64,000 nucleotides of DNA from Nemertoderma westbladi (lineage: Eukaryota > Animalia > Xenacoelomorpha): the NCBI GenBank assembly GCA_032718475.1, contig JAUCBJ010004420.1:1-64000 (forward strand), in the 5' to 3' direction. Made by a program: the position numbers and the translations under genes. The notes beneath the pieces were generated by a model. It was not told the origin of the DNA. It worked only from the letters and a program-made list of their open reading frames with translations, and searched no databases. Below, in pieces: positions 50,566 through 62,285 of this stretch (positions are counted from its first letter, which is position 1; each line of letters begins with the position of its first letter).

Positions 50566-51255
50566 ATTGCGTTGAGAATTTGTCTGGTGGGTATCTAAAC
50601 AAAATTAAATTTTCATAAATGTTTGGAAAATAAAAAATTTTAAAATAGAAAGTGAACCCAAGACAATTCCAAACGCTAAATATAGATGCGTTCTAGGACC
50701 TGTCTATAAGAACAGTAACTTGAAAGTTGTGAAGCCTGGAAAATAGTATCTAGACACCATGGTTACGGCTATTATTATGTAGGAGTGTAAATTGAGTTAA
50801 GTAGCTTCCACAGATTGGTGCCAACAGCCAACAACCAAGGTGCTAAAGGTTAGTAGCAGCAGAGGCGTACACAGACCCCACTCTGTAGTTCGCAGTGGAG
50901 TGAGGTGTTCGATAATCAAAGCTGCGGGTTTGGTATAGTCGAGCGCCCTTTTTAATGTCCTTTCTAACTACTGTAGTCTAGTACAAGTATTGGGGAGTAG
51001 CTTGGGCATCAAAAAGTGAGTCGGTCACGGCCAGTTCATCTCCAAAGTTTTTGCGCTATGCATGGGAATAGGTTAGAAGGTAGTTAAGAATGAGATGGGA
51101 TCTAGAAAGCCGAACCTGAACTGCTGGAAGGCGGGCCAGGTAGCTCGGGATGTCTATCCCTCCGTATTATCTAACTGATCCACCTACAGTGTAATTAGCT
51201 TACGTAACGGACTATTGGAAAATATATATACATATATAATACACGCAATTAAGTA

Positions 51256-51794
51256 ATGATGAGTAAAGACATAAGAGCGGAACCGAGGAGAGGGTTTATG
51301 GCCAAGGAGGAAGCAGGGTTACCATTCGTCGTCATGGATGTAAGGACTCTAACGTTTATTATCACGGGAGGTCGGTGATGGAGCTAAATGGGAAATATAA
51401 ACCCACCTATGACAAGGATCTGAGGAGAGAAAAAATACAGGCGTTGGGGGATCGCATGGAGGTGTTGCGACGAGAATACTGGACTCGATATTCATACTGC
51501 TTCGCCCTTGACGGGTGCGATATTAGTGCCGATCCCGACGAGGAAATAGCGCGCTTATACCATATGAATATGTATCTGTCGCACATTGAATCCCTACCCG
51601 CCGTGAGAGATCAATTCGACGGAATGCATCCTTACTGGAGGACCCGAGGCAAGGATGAGGAGACGCCAAAGGTTTTCATCATGTATAAGTTGTTTTATAA
51701 ATGCAGTGAGTGCATGAATAAACAAGACGTATCAATCCCCGACCGACTGAACGAGCCGGAGCTCATAGCTCGCGGCAAGGAACAGACAGAGTAG
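51256..51794 (+). pseudogene. Frameshifted accessory ORF of element E
   Basis: DISADPDEEIARLYHMNMYL...PAVRDQFDGM...KLFYKCSEC matches the Y and A accessory ORFs. Confidence 0.75.
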
Positions 51795-52758
51795 TCCTTG
51801 GCAAGCGTCAAGCCAAAGACGTGCAATATCACGAAATCATAGATGTGCAAAAGCTGCAATGAAAGGCACAGGGGGCGTCCGATAGGGCGTGTGTGTAATT
51901 GCAGAAGGAAGAGTTGGCGGAGGCACCCGCATTGACATGGCAAATGGGACGAGGCTGAGGGAGGAGCACCAGCCGGGAGCCAGTTGGTGCCCAGGGAACG
52001 TCGTCGTCGCCGGTTCCGGGAAGTGACGCCTCATGGACGCCGTCAACAGAGTCTACAGGGGGTAGACTGGTGTATCTGGGAAGGGGACAGAAAAGAGGAG
52101 TGAGCCCGAGAGACCCAGGAGCTAGCCGATAAAACTATAATATCACGGAGCGACAAAGTCTAGACATACACATCATCTTCGCTCTGATGTATATTGTAGG
52201 TTTCAATAAAACATCTGACTGGACTCGGGTACACTAGTCGTATCCATATTTTAGAATTTTATAAGCGGTGTATATTATATTGTAATATAATATTAATGGC
52301 AAGAGGCGAAGGAGGTGATTGGGAAGACAAACCCACGGGTTTGGCATACCCCTTTCACCTGCCCTAGCCAGGGCGTTTTTGTATTATTTAGGTAGACTGT
52401 CAATTTGTAAATAATTGAAAGAAGCAATATTTTGTAATTTAATTTGTATGTAGTAATCATTATGCAGTAACGGAAGCAATATCTTAATTTGTATGTAAAA
52501 ATCAACGCAACGCAACGCTGGCGGAGGGCCACTTTTGCGGTCGGGCTAATCAGTTAAGGACCGGGGACCGGTCGCCATTACAGTATTTTGGGGGCTGACG
52601 ATCCAGACTTCATCTCAACCTTGTAGCGTTAGGAGTTAAAATTGGGGTTTTAGTTAGGAGGCATAGGTGTGGCTTTGGATGGCCTTTACTTCTTACACTG
52701 ATATACTAATGTACTGGTGTATTAGTACACTAGCTGACTGGCTCTGCTAGCGCTATCT

Positions 52759-53212
52759 GTGGCTGGCCACGAGAAAAGGGACCTTATGTTACCGGAGGTC
52801 GATTTTGAGTTATTAGGCCTATGAGAGGCAGAATTTTACAGAGATTTTAACAAAAAAAACGGTGTCTCAATATCTATTTCCAAAAAAAGTTATAGCGATT
52901 TATGTGAAGGTGATTCGGGTAGCTCTATTCCTACCTACCCGTATTAGTACCTTTTATTAAAGTCCTAAATTCAGACATGAAAACACTAAAATAGTGTTAT
53001 ATACAACACTGCAACATATATATTGCTTCCTGTAATTAGTTCTTTCCTAGGTATCTTGAATATCAGAACCAATTTGAATTTCCTGCATCGTTTTATACAT
53101 TTCTAAATTGATAATCCAATTAAATTTGTTTAAAAATAGAGGGAAACTTTAAACGCGATTATCTCAGAATCAGGTTTTGCCACATAAGGTCCCTTTTCTC
53201 GTGGCCAGCCAC
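52759..53212. mobile_element. MITE, short copy
   Basis: ~31-bp TIR GTGGCTGGCCACGAGAAAAGGGACCTTATGT; internal-deletion version of 53930-54735. Confidence 0.85.
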
Positions 53213-53929
53213 CTGCCTACTACAAGCTTATTGCTAAGCTATTTTACGTTGCATTGCTTAAGAGTGCCTGATTCTTGAGTGTGAATGCTTAGATAGGCAC
53301 TGTTTCCTTGATTGCTTTCCATTTCTTAGTTTATGCTTATTAATTGCTGATTAGGTCAAAATAATACAGTATTTAGGCTGTTGCTAGTACAACCCAGTAC
53401 GTAATAAATTAGAAGTACATATTCTGGAATACTCAGTAATTAGTACGCAAATTCGTATTTATGACACTGTAATTAATTTAGCGATGTTAAAAATAAAATA
53501 AAGAATTTGTATGCAGCATAGCGGAGAGTAGTTTAGGTAATTGTTTTAGAATACCGTAGACTATTCAACGCTAGGCGGTTATTTGAAAATAGCGGGGCAA
53601 CGAGCTGACAGCGGTATCTATTATACAGTAGTAAATTCACTGGTCTAAAACCAGTCAAAGGCCAAGTTTCGACATTAAGAAAATAAACAGATTTATTCCA
53701 TTATAATATTAAAAAATTCTCACATTCGACACATTCCGCCCTGTAAATGCCAGTGTTTCTGCGATAAGTGAATGCCGAGTGTTAGACCACCCGCTCTCAT
53801 TTTAAGTAGCTTAGGGTGCCAATTAAGGTTTATTGGTTTGGTTATTCCTGCGTGGCTCATAGATTCGAACAGTTAGCTCTCTGTTGAGCAATCAACAGAG
53901 AAAGGAGCAAGCGATATGTCGGAGGCATT

Positions 53930-54735
53930 GTGGCTGGCCACGAGAAAAGGGACCTTATGTCACCGGAGGTCGATTTTGAGTTATTAGGCCTATGAGATGC
54001 AGAATTTTCCAGAGATTCTAACAAAAAAAACGGTGTGTCAATATCTATTTCCAAATAAAAGTTATAGCGATTTATGTGAAGGTGAATCGGGTAGTTTTAA
54101 AAAAAATGGAAAATATTACTAATATCATAGCAATTCTTACTATATAATTAGGCAGCTCAATGTTATTCGGCTTTTTATACAACTTTTAACACTTTGAAAC
54201 TATTAATATTGTTCATGAACTATTTTAAAAAATTTTTTGCAAAATTTTCAAAAAAAACATGTAACCAAAAAAATTTATTTTTTTTTAATTTAACATTTTT
54301 TCAAAAATATAAATTTTTTTAACAAAATTTAAAATTATTTGTATTTTAAATTCTTTATTGGGATTACAAAATTTAAGAACTAACGAAGATAAATTAAGAA
54401 AATGACAGCCATATTGCATTTAAAAAATAACTGTAAGCCTACAGTACCTACATATTACAGTAGTACAATTACAATTTATTACAGTTCTAAATTCAGACAT
54501 GAAAACCCTAAGATAGTGTTACATACAACACTGCAACATCTTATATTGCTTCCTGTAATTAGTTATTTCCTAGGTATATTGAATATCAGAACCAATTTGA
54601 ATTTCCCTCATCGTTTTATACATTTCTAAATTGATAATCCAATTAAATTTGTTCAAAAATAGAGGGAAACTTTAAACGCGATTATCTCAGAATCAGGTTT
54701 TGCGACATAAGGTCCCTTTTCTCGTGGCCAGCCAC
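53930..54735. mobile_element. MITE, long copy
   Basis: Same TIRs and subterminal sequence; AT-rich non-coding interior. Confidence 0.85.
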
Positions 54736-55191
54736 ATATAGTCAATAATAGTAAAATATTTTAGCAGATGGCCCGGCTCGCGCGGCTTAACAACCACCTT
54801 ATTAAAGCCGGGAGGGGGGGTCAATATAATCCTATGATCCTATAATCCTATAATCCTTATGGACTAGCCTCAGTAAACACCCTAACACTCGGGTCCCCAA
54901 TGTGACAAGGTGAGCTGACTGCCTTGCAGCTAAGCTTTCTCTTAGCGCAGTGGGTGTTCAAGAGCACCGACTGCAGACTGGACAGACTGATGAGGTTCTG
55001 ATTAAGGACATGGGGCGGTTGGCTACACGCCCTCGCGTCAGCAGATGGTAGTGGCAATGGTGGTATTGGTATATTGATGATTGATGAATCCAACTGCACA
55101 TGCAGCATTGGATATAATAGACCAAATCTCTAACCGCATCATCCGTTGCCACTTTTCATAATCTGGAAGACTGGCTAAGAAGTTTCCTAAG

Positions 55192-55725
55192 GTGGTTCTG
55201 ATTGTGTGCTATTCTCCAACTAGTGTTGCCCCTGTAGAGGAGGTGGGAAATTTCCACCACAATCTACAAGCACCTACTGATGCAGTGGATCAGCATGCAT
55301 TCTTAACATTCCTGGGAGACTTTAATACAAGTCTGCATCAATCACCTACATCGCCCTGTGTCTATAGCAATAGTGTTAACCGAAATTCCATCCATCTTCA
55401 GGATTTTATCTCTGGATATGGATTGTTTTCGGCTGGAATCCAGTTCAAGAAGCGAACGGGAAAGCTATGGACTCATAGTGGACCCAGTGGTCACAAGTCC
55501 CAGATAGACCATAATATTCTGTTTCGTAGGAAATACAGGAGCTCTATACAAGACTGCAATGCATTTACACTTCGACCCTTTTCCAATGATCACCGCCTTA
55601 TTGTGGCCAAGGTAAGACTTAGTCTGCGCGCTAGCAGAACAACGAAATATGCCTTGCCACGGCATGACTGGTCCTCTCTGTTGCAACAGCCAAGTGTGAG
55701 ATCCAGCTTCACATTACAACCGCAA
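55192..55725 (+). mobile_element. LINE (RTE-like) APE endonuclease fragment
   Basis: VCYSPT, LGDFN, WTH...SQIDH, NDHRLI. Confidence 0.8.
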
Positions 55726-55738
55726 ATGTAATAAAATC

Positions 55739-58700
55739 TGTGACGGGATCGAAGATCCCGAACGGGTTGATGTTTTACGCGTCACAGTTCTACCACAGGG
55801 ATGCTGGGATGGTGCTAATAACTTGGCCGATGCCGTTGTAGGAAAACAATGAGAGTCTGGTGTTGTCTCTTTGATATCATAAATAATAATAGCACAATAA
55901 CTTATGGTAGAAGTACAGATGTGATGGGTACCGGAATGCTGTATACGATGACGGTAAACAACTGATACCGATCTGCACTAACTGAGTAACTAACTGAGTG
56001 TACCAACACAAGAACCTGGGATAATATATGATTGGTACACCCTACTCATATCCCGGTAGTGCCCATCTGGACGATTCTTATCCCGCAGGATACGAGCTTT
56101 CACAATAAATCCTGAACACCGCCCTGTTGTTTAATGACCACACACTTATCGGGTCCCACACATGTGTGCACCATGTTAGTGGGATCCGTCTAAGTCTCGT
56201 CCTGCTATTCTAGTCAATTAGTCCCCAGTCCCAGTAGCTAATTGGAAAAAGGTTGTACTTGACTATGGTATATATTATATAATATATATACGAATTATAT
56301 ATAATAATTAATTATTATAATTATATATTATATATATTATATCGTCTACATGATGCGTCTTAACCCCCCCCCCCCCCCCCCCCCCCGCTCGGAGGTGATA
56401 TGACTCGTCACTCTCGGTCTCGCCCGTTTCATTCTCTCTCAACCTTTCTCGCCTGGCGACTTCTTCCAGTCGCTTCTCCTCAAGTCTATCCGCTTCCAAC
56501 TTCTCCCACCTCTGTTATGGTGTATCCACCTCCCTCAATGTTGTCGTAGGCAAGTATGATGTCTTAATTTTATTTTATTCTACCTATGTTCCCCCTGTCT
56601 GCGCTATTATCCTATCTACCTTTCTAGGTGGCGCCCTTAGTGCCCACAACTTCCATGGTACTATGTGCCCTGCTAATATATGTACCCAGTACCCTGCTTT
56701 GTACCCCTCTCTTACTACGTGGCGTTTTCGGTGCCCACAACCCCTCTGCTTCTACTTCTATGGTATATTGTGCTCTCTACTCTCTTATTGCTAACTCTAC
56801 TAACTCTACTAACTCCACTAACTCTACTAGCTCTACTAACTCTACTAACTCCACTAACTCCACTAACTCTACTAACTCTCTAACTCTACTAACTATCTAA
56901 CTCTCTAACTCTACTAACTCTCTGACTATCTAACTCTACTAACTCTCTAACTCTACTAACTCTCTACCTCTACTAACTCTCTAACCCTACCAACTCTCTA
57001 ACTCTAACGGTACTATGTACCCTCTTACTCCCATGGTATGTTTATATACCACACTCCCCATACTTATAACTCTAACGGTACTATGCCCTCTTACTCCCGT
57101 GGTATGTTTATATACCATACTCCCTAACTTCTAACTTAACTCTTACGGTACTACGTACCCCTTCTACTCTCGTGGTATGTTTATATACCACACTCCCTAA
57201 CTTATAACGGTACTATGTACCCTTGCTGCTATTCCTATGTTATATTTACATTATGATTATTGGGATTATTTTGTATATTTGAATTTAAATTATTATTTGA
57301 ATTATTTTGTGCGTTAAAATTAGGGTTATTATTTTGTATATTTAAATCAGGATTATTTGGATTTAAATTATTATTAAGGGGTAAAACGTTATTTCCTGCA
57401 ATGAAAGTTTGGTTAGGGTTGTCTACTACAGTACTATTAATATTAATGCCCTCTAACGTATTATTATTACCCCCCCCCCCCCCCCCCCCCAACCCATACG
57501 GTTACACCAGTCTTGGGTCTGTCGTCCGGTGCCTTAAGTGGGGTATTAACAAATGTCTCCATTACTTCTGGCTCCTCGTAAATACTACCCGAGCCAGCCT
57601 CTCTCTCAGATAATCCCAATTGCGCCAGTTCTAGTCGGCGCTTCTGCTTGGCCTGATATTGCATAAGCCCCCTTAACCGGGCATGCAAATCATCCCGCAT
57701 ACACTTTCCTGCTCTCTCTCTCTCTCTGTGAGCGTATTCAATTCCGCCACATCAAGCCCCATAAAGTGAGGTTTAAACAATATTGGAACTACAAGGTTGA
57801 TTACCAATCAACCTTGTATCACCCCAATAAGCGGGGACAATAGGCCCCAAGGGAACACACACAGCGGGGGTCAGAGGTTATACCTCCGGGAGAGAGAGAG
57901 AGATAGCAGCGGGGGGGGGGGGGAAGCACACCCAGGGGATAGAAGGGCGACAACAGGGTTATTAGCCAATGGGGGGAAGGCATCGGCTGAGTAGTGCAGT
58001 GCGGCCAACCGTGCAATATATATTACCGGTCGTTGTGTATTCCATTCAGTTATCTCAGTACAGTCACGGCAGTACGGTGACAATTAAGACCATCATCGCC
58101 GTCACCAACTTACTGTATTTTACAGGTACATTCAGCTATCTCAGTGCATTCATGCTATCTGTTACTTCATTGTATACTATATATCTTATTACCAAAGAAC
58201 GTCGGAACAACAAGCAAACACAAACTATTTTCCATCGAACGGTGCGGCCCTTGACGCGTACATAAACAACACCGGATAAACCGGGATCCTCTCGGATCCC
58301 GTCACAGTCTTAATTTCTAAGAGCTGCCGAACTGTCTGAGTTGTGAGTCTTAACTCACAACAGTCTTAATTAAGAGATTAAGAGACGGGCACATAGGGTG
58401 CCAGATAGTAGAGTGGTTCTGGGCACCGCAAGCGCCACGTAGTTAGAAGAGTGGGTAGAGTTAGAAAGTTCTAGTTAAAGGGCTAGAGAGTTGGTAGACT
58501 TAGAGGGTTTTAGTTAGAGTTAGTAGTAGAGGGGTCGTGGGCACCCTAAGCGCCACGTAGTTAGAAGAGTTGGTAAGAGTTAGAGAGAGTTAGTAGAAGT
58601 AGAGAGTTAGTAGGAGTTAGTTAGACTTAGTAGAGCTAGTTAGAGTCAGAGAGTTAGTAGAGAGTTAGATAGTTAGCAAGTAAGTAGTAGGTAGATAGTA

Positions 58701-59700
58701 TGATAGCACAGGGGTAGCATTAGAGATTAGGGCCTTAGGGAGTGGTAGAGAGTAGAGAGGAGTATGGAGAGAAGTTAGAGTGTGATTCAGGTGTGGGGAG
58801 AGTGTAAGAGTGGTGAGAGAGTAAGAGGGGAGTTAGAGCGGAGTTAGTTAGAGTGGCGAGAGTGTTGGGGAAACAAAAATTGTGTGAGAGAAGCGCACAA
58901 TCGGCCCGACACGAGACGCCAGAGGGTAGTGACATCATACCCATAGGGAGCGGCCTGGAAAGCCGACTCCAAGAAAATAACTCCACCCTACACCCGATAA
59001 TAGATCGAGTTCCAGCGGAATTGAAGCGCACTTTGAGGTTGATGCTACCTTCTCACCGGGAAGATAGCATGGGGGGGAGTGTGAGCGTATTCAATTCCGC
59101 CACATCAAGCCCCATAAAGTGAGGTTTAAGCAATATTCGAACTACAAGGTTGATTACCAATCAACCTTGTATCACCCCAATAAGCGGGGACAATAGGCCC
59201 CAAGGGAACACACACAGCGGGAGTCAGAGGTTATACCTCCGGGAGAGATAGCAGCGGGGGGGAAGCACACCCAGGGGATAGAAGGGCGACAACAGGGTTA
59301 TTAGCCAATGGGGGGAAGGCATCGGGTGAGCAGTGCAGTGTGGCCAACCGTGCAATATATATTACCGGTCGTTGTGTATTCCATTCAGTTATCTCAGTAC
59401 AGTCACGGCAGTACGGTGACAATTAAGACCGTCATCGCCGTCACCAACTTACTGTATTTTACTGGTAGATTCAGCTATCTCAGTGCATTCATGCTATCTG
59501 TTATTTCATTGTATACTATATATCTTATTACCAAAGAACGTTGGAACAACAAGCAAACACAAACTCTTTTCCATCGAACGGTACGGCCCTTGACGCATAC
59601 ATAAACAACACCGGATAAACCGGGATCCTCTCGGATCCCGTCACACTCTCTATCCTCTCACAAACTCTGGTTCGCTAACTCTGTTTCTCTTGCCACCCGC
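55739..59700 (-). mobile_element. Deleted B-related element D (3' LTR 55739-56118, 3' UTR, gag remnant), interrupted by C
   Basis: Minus: PPT AGGGCGG then TGTTCAGG...GATCCCGTCACA; 56130-56530 resembles B 43380-43775; 57235-57726 and 59646-59700 resemble B gag 13540-14080. Confidence 0.8.
57727..59645 (+). mobile_element. Intact non-autonomous (TRIM-like) LTR element C, 1.9 kb
   Basis: LTRs 57727-58306 and 59080-59645 (TGTGAGCG...CCCGTCACA), TSD CTCTC, PPT ATGGGGGGGAG, 773-bp non-coding interior; LTR related to B. Confidence 0.95.
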
Positions 59701-60004
59701 TTTGTGGTGCAGTAGTATTTGTATCCGAGAAAGTAGTATTTCTGGTATGTGCACTCCCAATTTTGGTGCTATTCTGGTGCCCCAGAACGAAAAGTACAAG
59801 TAGCAAAAATTTCAAACTGTTAAATGTTGCCTTTGGATTTGTAATTCTGAAGCTATACAGGTTTTCAAAGCCGCAGGTAACAATACAACTCGTTAAATAT
59901 AATTCGCGGTAACGTGACTATCGTTTTTGGTGTTTGTCTGGTTGGACGAAAAATGCAAGTAGCATAACATTTCAAAGGGAAAAAATCAAATTTGGTTGGA
60001 TAGA

Positions 60005-60460
60005 TAATGCGATATTTATGAGTGTCATATTCGTATCAGCATCCCAAAAAACTTAAATGTTATAAAATCAGGTTGATTTGGTAATGATTTTTCATTATGA
60101 AATTTGTGCTATTTGTATTTTCCGTGCCGCACATTGACACATATCTAAAAAAAGCCGTAATCAACATGGTACGATATTTTTCAGTGTCATATTCATGATC
60201 AGCATCCCAAAAAACCCCAAATGTTATAAAATCAGGTTGATTTGGTAATGATTTTTCATTATGAAATTTGTGCTACTTGAATTTTTCGTGCCCCACATTG
60301 ACACGTATCCCAAAAAGCCGTAATCAACAAGGTGTGATATTTACAAATGTCATATTCGTGATCAGCATCCCAAAAAACCACATGGTCATAAAATTAATTT
60401 GTTTTCGTGGTGATTTTTCATTATCACATTTCCACTACTTTTATTTTTCGCGCTCCAGGG
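60005..60460. repeat. ~163-bp tandem repeat (~2.8 copies)
   Basis: GTCATATTC..ATCAGCATCCCAAAAAAC blocks at ~60023, ~60186 and ~60349. Confidence 0.8.
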
Positions 60461-61034
60461 GCACAAATAACTGACTAATAACTAATATAACAACATGCCT
60501 AGGTTGTTTGTTATATTACACAACTCTTCGATATGTTTGATGTAGAGGAATAAACCTTTCCTATGAAATCAGCACATTCTAAAACCTCAGTAGCCAAACT
60601 ATATGGCCAATTTACCACGTTTGAAAAAAGTGCTACTTGCACATTTGGTGCTCTTTTAGTATATATTGATAAAAAAATGAAAATTTTGCTTCTAATCTTA
60701 CTTTCGATTACTAATAATGAATCCAACAAACCAAAAAAGCTCAGTATGGTTTCATGGTTATACCAAAGTCTTTGATGGGTGATGTGTTTTGTGTAATTAT
60801 TATCAATTCCGAAAGGTTCCGAAATGGTATGGGTGCAAAGAACTCCTCATATCTCGAAAACTACTGGATCTATTAAATTTTTATTTGTCTCATCTTAAAG
60901 AGGACATAATTTTAGTTAGGGACAAGTACTTTCGACGCGCTAGACCTATTGTTTCAGGGGTTCTATATAAGATAAATAACTGGCCCACTAAATTTAGGGG
61001 CTTTGCAGCAGCTTGGCGGGTCGTATCTAGGCTA

Positions 61035-62285
61035 TGGTATTGTTATATTTTTACTAACACCAAAATTTTCTCAGCTAACTCCCCTAACAAATTATTGTTA
61101 TATATTTAATAACGCCAAGATTTTCTTAGCTAACTCCCCTTATAAAGTATTGTTATATTTTTACTAATGCCAAAATTTTCTCAGCTAACTCCACTAACAA
61201 AGTATTGTTATATTTTATCTAATGCCAAGATTTTCTCAGCTAACTCCCTAGCAAAGTATTGTTATATTTTATCTAACGCCAAGATTTTCTCCGCTAACTC
61301 CCCTAACAAAGTAATGTTATATTTTATCTAACGCCAAGATTTTCTCAACTTAACTCCCCAAACAAAGTATTGTTATATTTTATCTAACGCCAAGATTTTC
61401 TCAGCTAACTCCCTAACAAAGTATTGTTATATTTTATCTAACGCCAAGATTTTCTCAGCTAACTCCCTAGCAAAGTATTGTTATATTTTATCTAACGCCA
61501 AGATTTTCTCAGCTAACTCCCTAACAAAGTATTGTTAGATTTTATCTAACGCCAAGATTTTCTCCACTAACTCCACTAACAAAGTATTGTTATATTTTAT
61601 CTAACACCAAGATTTTCTCAGTTAACTCCCTAGCAAAGTATTGTTATATTTTATCTAACGCCAAGATTTTCTCAGCTAACTCCCTAGCAAAGTATTGTTA
61701 TATTTTATCTAAAGCCAAGATTTTCTCAGTTAACTCCCTAACAAAGTATTGTTATATTTTATCTAACGCCAAGATTGTCTCAGCTAACTCCCTAGCAGAG
61801 TATTGTTATATTTTATCTAACGCCAAGATTTTCTCAGCTAACTCCCTAGCAAAGTATTGTTATATTTTATCTAACGCCTAGATTTTCTCAGTTAACTCCC
61901 TAACAAAGTATTGTTATATTTTATCTAACGCCAAGATTTTCTCAGCTAGCTCCCTAGCAAAGTATTGTTATATTTTATCTAACGACAAGATTTTCTCAGC
62001 TAACTCCCTAGCAAAGTATTGATATATTTTATCTAACGCCAAGATTTTCTCAGCTAACTCCCTAGCTGAGTATTGTTATATTTTATCTAAAGCCAAGATT
62101 TTCTCATTTAACTCCCTAACAAAGTATTGTTATATTTTATCTAACACCAAGATTTTCTCAGTTAACACCCTAACAAAGTATTGTTATATTATTTACTAAC
62201 ACCAAGATTTTCTCAACTAACTCCTTAATAAAGTAATGTTAGATTTTATCTAATGCCAAGATTTTCTCAGCTAACTCCCGTAACA
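61035..62285. repeat. 54-bp minisatellite (~23 copies)
   Basis: Unit AAGTATTGTTATATTTTATCTAACGCCAAGATTTTCTCAGCTAACTCCCTAGCA. Confidence 0.95.

Noticed and set aside
52269-52757. 3' LTR of element E
   Set aside because: AAGCGG|TG resembles a PPT-LTR junction, but no second copy or clear end is visible, so it is not called.
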